The notes under the pieces were generated by a model. It saw only the letters and a program-made list of their open reading frames with translations. It was not told where the DNA came from and searched no databases. 64,000 bases of DNA from Sminthopsis crassicaudata. Lineage: Eukaryota. Shown here piece by piece: positions 13,061-24,500 of this stretch. Where the stretch lies: positions 635,478,558 to 635,542,557 of the forward strand of contig NC_133619.1 in NCBI RefSeq assembly GCF_048593235.1, in the 5' to 3' direction. How positions within the stretch are numbered: position 1 is the stretch's first letter; every line of letters starts with the position of its first letter. The position numbers and the translations under genes were made by a program.

Positions 13061-13659
13061 CTACTAGAATATTAAGAATACTAGGTTCTCTCCCTACCCC
13101 TTACTGTTTCTTGAATCCCCAAATCTCTTCCATTCATTCATTCATTCATTCATTCATTATTTTAAAGAAATTGCCTTTTTTTCCCACATGGGAGGCAGAT
13201 CTCCATTTCTTTTTCAGTAAATTGATAGTGTTGGGCTAGATATCTGATCACTAAGGTCCCTTTCATCTTGGAATCTTCCATCCACCATATTGAAATCTTC
13301 CCTAATTTCCCCCAGCTGGATTCAGGGGTTGGGAACTATATGTGTATGAATACATGCAGACTAGACGCAGAGTGTTATCTGGGATTGAGGCAGCCATATT
13401 TGTAGGGGGGACTCAGGGAAAGGGTCACAAAGATGTGGGGGAGGGGAAGGGGAAATAATCTACTGGATCCCAGCCTCTGAACAAAACAGAAGGGATATAT
13501 ATTTTCCAGGTGTTTTTTTTAACAAGGAGCCCCTTACTCCAAACCCCAAAACCCATCTGCTTTCTCTTATCCTATTTCCTCTCCCCACCAACAAATCAAC
13601 AAACTAGATTTTTAGGTAAAAAAAAAAAAATGATATCATGTGGAGGGGGAAGTATCTGT

Positions 13660-13960
13660 GGGAAAAATTCTGGTGATTTTAATGAACTCAGTTTGAGTCA
13701 GCAGTGTGACAGGCTCCCCCCAAATAACAAATCTGACCTTCAACTATACTGAAAGGTCTCGTGCCCAGGACTAGGAAAGTTCTAGCTGTGCTCTCTGCCA
13801 TTTTGAGTAATGGAGGATATTGACACGCTTGAGAGTGATGGAGTAGGGGGATAGTGACCACAATGATGAAGGACCTGGAGTCTATATTGTATGGGGATCC
13901 CTCGAAGAGAATAGGGATACTTAGATTGGGAAATGGAAGATTTGTTAGGGGGAAGGGAGT
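13660..13960 (+). mobile_element. Ancient L3/CR1-like LINE remnant
   Basis: Motifs tgagtcagcagtgtgac..., tgatgaaggacctggag resemble recalled CR1/L3 3' region; boundaries approximate. Confidence 0.45.
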
Positions 13961-14029
13961 ATGGAGTGGACTTCATGGTTGGACACAAGGTGGTCCTGGC
14001 CCCAGTGGACCTCAGCTTTGGGGACAAGC

Positions 14030-15400
14030 ACTACTTATTTGACAAAAACTCCTGGGAAAACTGGAAAACACTATAGTAAAAACTAGGTATAGACCAACAG
14101 CTTAGACCACATCCTAAGATAAAGTCCCAATGGGTACATGACTTAGACATAAAGGGTGATACCATAAGTAAAAAAAAGCTCATGTCAAATGTATGGAGAG
14201 GGAGAAAATTTATGACCAAATACAAGATAGAGAGAACATCATGAGATATAAAATGGATATCTTTGACTATGTTAAATGAAAAAGTTTTGTACAAACAAAA
14301 CCAGAGCAACCAAGATTAGAAGGAAGGCAGAAAGCTGGGAAATAATTTTTATAGCAAGTTTCTCTGATAAAGGCTTCATTTCTCAAATATGTAGAGAATT
14401 GAGTCAAATTTATAGGAATACAAATCATTCTCCAATTGATAAATGGTCAAAGGAAATGAACAAGCAGTTTTCAGATGAAATCAAAACTATCTATAGTCAA
14501 ATGAAAACAAAATTGCTTTAAATCACTATTGATTAGAGAAATTCAAATTAGAACAACTCTGAGGTACCATTCACAGCTATCGGATTGACTAATACGAGAG
14601 AAAAGGAAAATGATAAATGTTGGAGAGGATGTGAGAAAATTGAGACACTAATGTATTGTTGAACTTAGTTGTGAATTGATCGAACTATTCTGGAATGCAC
14701 AAAGGCCCATTAAATAACGCACGCCCTTTGAACCTTCAAAACTACTACTAAGTCTGCGTCCCAAAGAGATTTTTTTAAGGGGGGAGGGGAGAGAAACATT
14801 TGTACAAAAATAGTTTTTTGGGGTTTTTTTTGTGGTGGCAAAGAATTGAAATTTAAGGACGTGCCGATGTATTGGGGAACGGCTAAACAAGTTGTGGTAT
14901 ATAACAGTAGTAGAATATCATTGCACTATAAGAAATAGCGAGCAAGATAATTTCAGAAGAACCTGGAAAGACTTAGATGAACGGAGCAAAGTGAAGTGAA
15001 CAGAACCAGGAGAACATTGTACACCATAATAGCAATATTGTTCAGTTATGAATGACGTAGCTCTTTTCAAAAATGCAGTGATCCAAGACAACGCCAAAGG
15101 ACTCGTGATGAAAAATGCTATCCACATCCAGAGAAAGAACTAGCTTGAAGCATATTATGTTCACTTTATTTTTTGTCATTTTCCCCCTTTTGGTCTGTTT
15201 CTTCTTTGAAACATTATTAATAATTCAATTTGTTTGAATATAGAATAATATGATTGAACATGTGACCTATATCAAATTGCTCATCCCATCTTAGGGAGGA
15301 GGAAGAGGATGGGGAGAGAAAGTTTGGAACTCATAATTTAAAAAAAAATTCAATGTTTAAAATCATCTTTACATGCAATTGGGAAAAATTTTTTAAAATT
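14030..15400 (+). mobile_element. Old degenerate L1 (ORF2 C-terminal region plus 3' UTR)
   Basis: Decayed homology to the young L1 ORF2 (e.g. [19 protein letters not shown]); many stops/indels; boundaries approximate. Confidence 0.85.
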
Positions 15401-16059
15401 TAAAAAGGAAGTTGATTCAACTGGCTGATACAATTCACAAAAAGGAATGATAAGTAATGAGCCTGGAAAGATAGACTGGATCCTAATTGTGAAGGGCTTT
15501 AAACCCCGGAGAAAATGATATTTGAGCCTTTAGACAAAAAACTATCAGATCCAGGTAACTTGGCTAGGCTTGGGCTGTGTGACGTTAGCTGGGAGAGGGG
15601 AGATTCTGGAGGTAGAGAGTCCAATGAGCAGATTATAGAAATAGTCCAAGAGAGAGGGGATGAGATTGTGAACTAGAGGCTTTGTGAGTCAAGATGATTG
15701 GATGTCAGGGTTGAGGTGGAGGCAGAATCAGCCCGATTTAGCAAGTGACTGGAGGTCAGGGGTGATTCCAAGATTTGGAACCTGAGTGATTGAGAGGTGG
15801 AAATAGGAAAATTGAGAAAACCCTCTGTAAAATGAAAGGGGAGGCAGTGATCTCCAAGACCTTCTAACTCTTCTCCCAGAATGCTGTGAATTCTGGCAAG
15901 AACACCACAGCTCCCAGGGGTTTTAGAAAAGGTCCACGATTGAGAATGATTGGGCTTGATTATCTGAAACTCCTCCCAGGTCCAAATTTCATATGACTGT
16001 GATGGATAAATATTACAGAGTGCCCAATTTAGACCTCATTTCAGAAATATTTCTTTTTC

Positions 16060-16430
16060 TTTTTGGCGAGGCAATTGGACTTAAGTGACTTGCCTTGGAT
16101 CACACAGCTAGAAAATGTGTCTTGTATACATATATTGTATTTAATTTATACTTTAACATAGGCAACATGTATTGGTCAGTCTGCCATCTGGGGAAGGGGG
16201 GCAAGGGAAGGAGGGGAAAAATTGGAACAAAAGGTTTGGCAACTGTCAATGCTGTAAAATATCCCATGCATGTATCTTGTAAATAAAAAGCTATAATTAA
16301 AAAAAAAAAAAAGAAAAAAGAAAAAAAAAAAAAAGAAAAGAACAGAAAAGAAAAGAAAATGTGTCTGAGGCCAGATTTGAACTCAGGTTCTCCTGACTTC
16401 AGGGCCAGTGCTCTGTCCACTAGCTGTTCC
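16060..16430 (-). mobile_element. WSINE1-like SINE interrupted by an L1 fragment
   Basis: Reverse-strand SINE body split at 16122/16354; the two halves join into a continuous SINE when the insert and one TSD copy are removed. Confidence 0.85.
16123..16353 (+). mobile_element. Very short L1 3'-end insertion with AATAAA and poly(A)
   Basis: L1-type G-rich 3' UTR, AATAAA 16282-16287, A-tail, 13-bp TSD AGAAAATGTGTCT at 16110-16122 and 16354-16366. Confidence 0.85.
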
Positions 16431-16699
16431 TAAAAATAACAATTTTTTAAAAACAATTAGAGCTACCCCCAAAATGGAAAGGGCTGCTTTGGGAGGGAGA
16501 ACTCTTCTCTTGCTACAGAGATAGCCCCTTGTTGGGGATTTTATAACGATGGTTTCTAGCCAGACATGAGTTGAACTCGATTGCCTCTGAGGGTCCAGAT
16601 CTTGAGATTATGGCACATGGGGCCTGATTGAGCAGGGTTGCTGGGGCTCCCTCTGAATCAGCAATTTGAGAAGGCAGCTGAGAAGGCTGCCCAAAAGAG

Positions 16700-17210
16700 G
16701 CCGGGTTTCCAGGAAAAAGGAAATGAGTCGTGCTCTGAACCATGCTCGGACCCCAGAGGGAATATAGCGTTCCAGGTTTGATGAATGACATTTGGAAGCT
16801 GTGGGAACCCAGAGGAAGCCCACCAGGGTGCTGACGGGAGCTGTCCACCAGTACTGAGGAGGACTCTGGGAAAGGAGGGGTTTGGTCCAGGCAACAGCCA
16901 AAACTGAGAGCAAGAGGGGACAGTGGGCGTGCCTTTTAGGCTTGACTACAGGGGGGTTCCTCCTTCTCCCCCAGAAGAGGAAGGAGCAGAGTCCCCCAAG
17001 CAGTCTCCGAGCCAAGCTGGGAGCCCCTGGCGAGTACTCTGTAGGAAAGTCTGTGGCGGGGCTTTCATCCAACTGAGACTCTGTGATTCTATGAAATAAC
17101 AAGCAACGACCTCAACATCCGCTGAAAGGGGCTTTCCCTGGTGAGGGAGGAAGGGCTTGGGGCTCCTGAGTCCTCAGTGCGGGCAGAGGCCGCGGAGCAG
17201 GAGGCAGAAG
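16700..17210 (+). promoter_or_regulatory. TNFRSF4 proximal promoter region with NF-kB and GAS motifs
   Basis: GGGGCTTTCC (17128-17137) fits NF-kB consensus; near-match GGGGCTTTCA (17058-17067); TTCCAGGAA GAS motif (16707-16715). Motif matches only. Confidence 0.55.
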
Positions 17211-17352
17211 ATGACTGACCGGCAGCGATGCCCATGGAGGCCCGTGACTTTGCTCTGGCTCCTCGCCGCCCAGCTGCCCCCGGCCTCTCTGCAGCCATGC
17301 GGCAAGTTCTCCTACAGCTTAGAGGGCAAATGCTGCAACTATTGTAAACCTG
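17211..17352 (+). CDS. TNFRSF4: TNFRSF4 (OX40/CD134) exon 1: signal peptide and start of CRD1
   Basis: ATG with A at -3; MTDRQRCPWRPVTLLWLLAAQLPPASLQPCGKFSYSLEGKCCNYCKP; CCxxCxPG motif; GTGAG donor at 17353, phase 1. Confidence 0.93.
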
Positions 17353-19460
17353 GTGAGTCCTGGGGAAGAGGAGGCAGCCAAGGGTGGAGGCCAGGAGGAA
17401 GGCTTCATAGAGCCTCCGGGTTCAGACTGGCCAACTGAGCCAAGCCAATCATATTGCAGAGGGAGAAACTGAGACCCAGGGAGGTGACAGGTCACACAGG
17501 CAGGAAATAGCGGAGGGGGAATTTGAACTGAGGTCCTCTGATTCCAAATCAGGGACTCTACACCAGGGAGGAGGGAGAGTGGGGGAGTTGAGAGGAAACG
17601 GTGGTAAGTATTTTAGGAATAGGAGGAAGGGAACGGGTATTTATATATCAGGTGCTATGTGGGAGCATTTTGATCCTCCTAACAACCCTGGGAGGAAGGG
17701 GCTATTATGATCCCCATTTTACAGTTGGGGAAACTGAGGCAGGCAAGTTAAGTGATTTGCCCAAGATCATACAGCTAGTATGTATCTGAGGACAGATTTC
17801 AACTTGGGTCTTCTTTGTCTGAGGCCGGAGTTCCATTAAGCAGGAATTAGCTGCCGTGCACTACATATACAAGGTGCCAGACCCTGTGTCTGCTCTCAGG
17901 GAGCATCCTGATACTCCATCAGCTGTGTGCAGACAGGACATAGGGAGAGGCAGTCTTGGAGGGAAAGAGCCTTATGAGATTTCGGACTAGGCTGCTTCCA
18001 CTGCTAGGGAGGCACGTCCCCTGCCTCCCCCCCCCCCCATTTTGTGGATGAGGATGGGGAAATGAAACTCAGACTTGGCCAGGATCACTCGGCGAGTACG
18101 CGGTCGGAAGCGGAATTTGAATCCAAGGCTTCCGCCTTTTGCCCTTGGTTCTCGGAGGACTGTGACGTGGGGAGGTGATGCCGTCAAGGTGGATTGAGGT
18201 AGCCATCTGGGTCCAGAGGCAAGATACAGATGGGAAGACCTGAGCTAACACTCTCGGTGAAGGACGAAGAAGAAGGGGAGTAGGCATTTATTAAGCACCG
18301 ACTGTGTACGATGCCATGGGAAGCACTTTATAACTATTATCTCATTGGATCCAAACTGTAGGAGACCGGTGCTGTTATCCCCATTTTACAGGGGAAACGG
18401 AGGCAGTGATTAAGTGTCTTGCCCAGCGTTTGAGCAATCATTTGACCTGGGACTTTTGCAACTTCGAGTCCAGCACTCTCAGTGCCTCAGGGATATTAGG
18501 CTGCCAAACCCTAAGTAATTAGTGTTGAATATGCTGTGATTTAGAGCCAATATGCTGTGATTTAGAGCCACCGGCCAAAGGATGCTAGAGGGCAGGCATT
18601 TATTAAGCACCTATTATGTGCTTAGTTATTTTAGTTAGTTAATTTAGGATTTGTTAAGACCTATTATGTGCAGAAAACAATGTTGGGGGTTGGGGGCTCA
18701 GTGAGGCTTCTGATGGACAGCTGGGGATGAGCCAGAAGCCCAGGAGAGCTGGAATCATGGAAGGTGGACCTTGGAGGGGCTCTAGTGCCAGGTCAGACCA
18801 GGTTGTCCCGGGGCTGGGTTTGCCCTATTCCTGCGTGCCAGGGTTTTGGATCTAGAGGGGGAGGGGGATCCCAGAGTCCTTCTAGTCTAATTTTTATAGA
18901 GGAGGAAACTGAGGTTCATGAGGGGGAGGGGCTTGTCTGGAGCCTCATAGGAAGTAAGCATTGGAGGCTGGATTTGAATCCAGTCCCTTTGACTCAAAAG
19001 CACTTTCTCCGAACTGCACTTTCTCCCTCAATCTCCTCCCACCTTCACTCGGGCCGGGGCTAACCTGATCCACAAAGACTGCCCGAGTTCTTTTAGCCCC
19101 TAGCGCTGACCCTTGTGCCCGACACACAGTAGGTTCGAGCTGGCGGGATAGCTGCCGAGGAAGCTCGTTCTCTGAGGAGGGAAGAGCACCAAGGGGGGCA
19201 GGGCGGAGGGATCAGGGCAGGCTTCCTGGAGGAGGAATGAGCCTTGAAGGAAGGCGAGGATTCTGAGACTTTGCAGGCTCAGGGGGAGACGGGCAAACGC
19301 GTGGAGGTGGTAGACGAAAGATCGCCTTTAGGGGCGTCGCTAGGAGCCCGGCGAGGCCAGGGAGGACCCGGAGGGGGGGTGGGGAGACAGGCGGGGACGA
19401 AACAAGGATGGCAGCCGGGCAAGGGCGAGGCTCAGGGCAGCTCCCCGGCTCCCACCACAG

Positions 19461-19583
19461 GGTTTGAGATGGCGAGCCGCTGCACCAGCACCAGAGACAC
19501 GGGCTGCAGACCCTGCCACCAGGGGCTCTTCAACGAGGGTTTCAGCAACGAATTCTGCCAGCCTTGCACTCAGTGCAACGTCG
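19461..19583 (+). CDS. TNFRSF4: TNFRSF4 exon 2
   Basis: CAG acceptor, GTAAG donor; GFEMASRCTSTRDTGCRPCHQGLFNEGFSNEFCQPCTQCNV; 123 nt; TNFR cysteine spacing. Confidence 0.95.
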
Positions 19584-19608
19584 GTAAGCGCCAGTCCCAC
19601 CCCAGCCA

Positions 19609-19828
19609 GTGCTCCCGCCCCTCCTCGGTGCTCCCACTTCTTCTTGGTGCTCCCACCCCTCACCTGGTGCTCCCACCCCTCCCCAATGCTCCCACCTCTC
19701 CCTGGTGCTCCCACCCGTCCTCTGTGATCCCATCCCTCCCCTGTGTTCCCACCCCTCCTCTGTGCTCCCACTTCTCTCTGGTGCTCCAGCTCCTCCTCTG
19801 TGCTCCCACTTCTCTCTGGTGCTCCCCA
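19609..19828. repeat. 19-20 bp pyrimidine-rich minisatellite (~12 units, GTGCTCCCACYYCTCYYCT) in TNFRSF4 intron 2
   Basis: Units counted by eye, beginning 25 nt after the exon 2 donor. Confidence 0.9.
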
Positions 19829-21318
19829 AACATGGCACCCCACATCCACAACCTTTTTTGTAAGACTCTCCCCCCTCCTGGTCACATCTCCTCTCATTGG
19901 ATGGCATTGTTTGCTAGATCATCACATTCTTTGTTCTGAGGGCCCTCCCAGCTCTGACAGCCCATTTTACAGGTGAGGAAACTGAGGCAAACAGAATTAT
20001 CCAGGGTCACTAGATTTGAACTTAAAATGAGTCTTCCTGATTCCAGGCAGTCTATGCGCTGCACCCCCCAGACCAACCATGACAGCAACCCAGAGCTTCT
20101 GGGTAAGACCGGCTCAGAGGCAGCAAAGCCTGGAGGGGCGCCCCCAAAGGCCCTGCAACAGAGAGCACAAGTGGGGTGTGGACAGTGCACACGCACACAT
20201 GGGGTGGGGGGGGAGGGCAGGCCAGGATATATGTGCCGCCGACCCAGGGTCCCTAGTGTGCAAGCTGATAAGTGCCCATTGTAGCTGGGGAGAGANNNNN
20301 NNNNNNNNNNNNNNNNNNNNNNNNNNNNNNNNNNNNNNNNNNNNNNNNNNNNNNNNNNNNNNNNNNNNNNNNNNNNNNNNNNNNNNNNNNNNNNNNNNNN
20401 NNNNNNNNNNNNNNNNNNNNNNNNNNNTTTCCTTCTCTTCTCCCTCCTCCTCCTTTTCCTCCTTCCTCTCCTCCTCCTTTTCCCCCCCTTTTCCTTTTCC
20501 TTCACCTCTTCTCCCTCCTCCNNNNNNNNNNNNNNNNNNNNNNNNNNNNNNNNNNNNNNNNNNNNNNNNNNNNNNNNNNNNNNNNNNNNNNNNNNNNNNN
20601 NNNNNNNNNNNNNNNNNNNNNNNNNNNNNNNNNNNNNNNNNNNNNNNNNNNNNNNNNNNNNNNNNNCCCCTATGACTCAGGAGGTCTCAGGAAACGCTAA
20701 TTGAAAGAAGAGTGAATGAAAAGCCGGGGCGCGCTGACGAGCGCTGTACCCATTTCCTCAACCACAGAGGCAAACCTCAAACCCCGTGGGATCCTCACTG
20801 TTGGAGGTGTGTCGAGCGGCCCCAGAGGGGGCCGAGGGGCGGCCCCACAGAGACAAGGCCCGGCGCGACACACGTGTGATACATGAGGACGGGTTTGGTA
20901 CGGGTAGATAGAAGTAGAGGCCATGTTTCTGTAACACGTTAAGATTTACAGGCATTCTCAGCCTTATCCCCTCATTGCTCCTCACCACAGCCTGAGAGGT
21001 GCTGTGATTATCCTCCTCTTACCGTGGGGGAAACTGAGGCAGGCAGCGGTGAGATGACTGGCCCAGGACCACCCTTCAAGGGAGCATCTGAGGCCGGATT
21101 TGAGCTTGGGTCCTCGGCTGCTCTTCCTCCTCTCCACCATTCCCTAGATCTGGCCGTCATGGTCCAGCCCAGCACAGTCCCGGACAGGAAGAGTCGGCGG
21201 GCTCAGCTCCCTTCTGTTCCTTTCCTGAAGGCCCGGCCGCTGGCCAGGGGTTCTACAGAGGCCCCACGCCAGGAGGCCAGCCTTGCGCTGATTCTCCTTT
21301 TCCCCTTCGGTCGCTCAG

Positions 21319-21420
21319 GGAGTGGGAGCCGGGTCCTGAAGAACTGCACCAGGTCCAGCGACACCGTGTGCCAGTGCACCCCAGGGACGCAGCCGGCTCA
21401 GTTCCCCAAGTGGGGAGTGG
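21319..21420 (+). CDS. TNFRSF4: TNFRSF4 exon 3
   Basis: CAG acceptor, GTGAG donor 21421; GSGSRVLKNCTRSSDTVCQCTPGTQPAQFPKWGV; 102 nt. Confidence 0.95.
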
Positions 21421-21529
21421 GTGAGCAGTTCCCCCCACCCGACCGGGGAGAGGGCTCTCAAAACCCCAAGTCTTCCCCTCCCCCCAGAAGGGATCAATCT
21501 GGGAGGGATGTGGGGGGAGGGGTGTGGGG

Positions 21530-24500
21530 TGTGTGTGTGAGAGAGGGTGTCAGTGTGTGTATGAATGTGTGTGTGTGTGTATGAGTGTAAGTCTGTTAGT
21601 GTGTATGTGTGAGTGTGGGTGGGTGAGTGTGTGTTATGAGTGTGTGAGTAATTGTGTGTGTATGTGTGTGTGAGTGTGTGTTATGAGTGTGTATGTGTNN
21701 NNNNNNNNNNNNNNNNNNNNNNNNNNNNNNNNNNNNNNNNNNNNNNNNNNNNNNNNNNNNNNNNNNNNNNNNNNNNNNNNNNNNNNNNNNNNNNNNNNNN
21801 NNNNNNNNNNNNNNNNNNNNNNNNNNNNNNNNNNNNNNNNNNNNNNNNNNNNNNNNNNNNNNNNNNNNNNNNNNNNNNNNNNNNNNNNNNNNNNNNNNNN
21901 GTATGTGTGAGTGTGGGTGAATGAGTGTGTGTTATGAGTGTGTGTTATGAGTGTGTGTGAGTGTGTGAGTGTGTGTGTATGTGTGTGTTATGAGTGTGTA
22001 TGTGTGTGAGTGTGTTATGAGTGTGTATGTGAGTGTGTGAGTGTGTGTGTGTGAGTGTGTGTATGAGTGTAAGTCTGTTAGTGTGTATGTGTGAGTGTGG
22101 GTGGGTGAGTGTGTTGAGTGTGTGTATATGTGTGTGAGTGTGTTATGAGTGTGTATGTGAGTGTAAGTCTGTTAGTGTGTATGTGTGAGTGTGGGTGGGT
22201 GAGTGTGTGTTATGAGTGTGTATGTGTGTGTATGAGTGTGTTATGAGTGTGTATGTGTGTGAGTGTGTGTTATGAGTATGTATGTGTGTGTGTTATGAGT
22301 GTGTGTGTGATGAGTGTGTTATGAGTGTGTATGTGTGTGAGTGTGTGTTATGAGTATGTATGTGTGTGTGTTATGAGTGTGTGTGTGATGAGTGTGTATG
22401 TGAGTGTGTGAGTGAGTGTGTGTGTATGTGTGTGTGAGTGTGTGTATGAGTGTAAGTCTGTTAGTGTGTATGTGTGAGTGTGTGTGGATGAGTGTGTTAT
22501 GAGTGTGTGTGTAAGTGTGTGTATGTGTGTGTGTGTGAGTGTAAGTCTGTTAGTGTGTATGTGTGAGTGTGGGTGGATGAGTGTGTGTTATGANNNNNNN
22601 NNNNNNNNNNNNNNNNNNNNNNNNNNNNNNNNNNNNNNNNNNNNNNNNNNNNNNNNNNNNNNNNNNNNNNNNNNNNNNNNNNNNNNNNNNNNNNNNNNNN
22701 NNNNNNNNNNNNNNNNNNNNNNNNNNNNNNNNNNNNNNNNNNNNNNNNNNNNNNNNNNNNNNNNNNNNNNNNNNNNNNNNNNNNNNNNNNNNNNNNNNNN
22801 NNNNNNNNNNNNNNNNNNNNNNNNNNNNNNNNNNNNNNNNNNNNNNNNNNNNNNNNNNGTGTATGTGTGAGTGTGTGTGGATGAGTGTGTTATGAGTGTG
22901 TGTGTAAGTGTGTGTATGTGTGTGTGTGAGTGTAAGTCTGTTAGTGTGTATGTGTGAGTGTGGGTGGATGAGTGNNNNNNNNNNNNNNNNNNNNNNNNNN
23001 NNNNNNNNNNNNNNNNNNNNNNNNNNNNNNNNNNNNNNNNNNNNNNNNNNNNNNNNNNNNNNNNNNNNNNNNNNNNNNNNNNNNNNNNNNNNNNNNNNNN
23101 NNNNNNNNNNTGAGTGTGTGTATGTGTGTGTTATGAGTGTGTATGTGTGTGTGAGTGTGTTATGAGTGTGTATGTGTGTGTTATGAGTGTGTATGTGAGT
23201 GTGTGAGTGAGTGTGTGTGTGTGTGTATGAGTGTAAGTCTGTTACTGTGTATGTGTGAGTGTGGGTGGGTGAGTGTATTGAGTGTGTGTGTGTGTTATGA
23301 GTGTGTATGTGAGTGTGTGAGTGAGTGTGTGTGTATGTGTGTGTTACGAGTGTGTATGTTAGTGTGTGTGTATGTGTGTGTGTCTGTGTATGAGTGTAAG
23401 TCTGTTAGTGTGTATGTGTGAGTGTGGGTGGGTNNNNNNNNNNNNNNNNNNNNNNNNNNNNNNNNNNNNNNNNNNNNNNNNNNNNNNNNNNNNNNNNNNN
23501 NNNNNNNNNNNNNNNNNNNNNNNNNNNNNNNNNNNNNNNNNNNNNNNNNNNNNNNNNNNNNNNNNNNNNNNNNNNNNNNNNNNNNNNNNNNNNGTATGTG
23601 TGAGTGTGTGTGGATGAGTGTGTGTGTAAGTGTGTGTGTTATGAGTGTGTATGTGTGAGTGAGTGTATGTGAGTGTGTGTGTGTAAGTGTGTGTGTATGT
23701 GTGTGTGTTATGAGTGTGTATGTGTGAGTGAGTGTATGTGAGTGTGTGTATGTGTGTGTGTGAGTGTAAGTCTGTTAGTGTGTATATGTGAGTGTGGGTG
23801 GATGAATGTGTGTTATGAGTGTGTGTGAGTGTGTAAGTGTGTGTGTATGTGTGTGTTATGAGTGTATGTGTGTGTGAGTGTGTTATGAGTGTGTGTGAGT
23901 GTGTGTTATGAGTGTGTATGTGAGTGTGTGAGTGAGTGTGTGTGTATGTGTGTATGTGAGTGTGTGTATGAGTGTAAGTCTGTTAGTGTGTATGTGTGAG
24001 TGTGGGTGGGTGAGTGTGTTATGAGTGTGTGTGTGTTATGAGTGTGTATGTGAGTGTGTGTGAGTGTGTTATNNNNNNNNNNNNNNNNNNNNNNNNNNNN
24101 NNNNNNNNNNNNNNNNNNNNNNNNNNNNNNNNNNNNNNNNNNNNNNNNNNNNNNNNNNNNNNNNNNNNNNNNNNNNNNNNNNNNNNNNNNNNNNNNNNNN
24201 NNNNNNNNNNNNNNNNNNNNNNNNNNNNNNNNNNNNNNNNNNNNNNNNNNNNNNNNNNNNNNNNNNNNNNNNNNNNNNNNNNNNTGTATGTGTGAGTGTG
24301 GGTGGGTGAGTGTGTTATGAGTGTGTGTGTGTATGAGTGTGTATGTGAGTGTGTGTGAGTGTGTTATNNNNNNNNNNNNNNNNNNNNNNNNNNNNNNNNN
24401 NNNNNNNNNNNNNNNNNNNNNNNNNNNNNNNNNNNNNNNNNNNNNNNNNNNNNNNNNNNNNNNNNNNNNNNNNNNNNNNNNNNNNNNNNNNNNNNNNNGT

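Noticed and set aside
18528-18569. Perfect 21-bp tandem duplication aatatgctgtgatttagagcc
   Set aside because: Ordinary slippage duplication with no sign of function.
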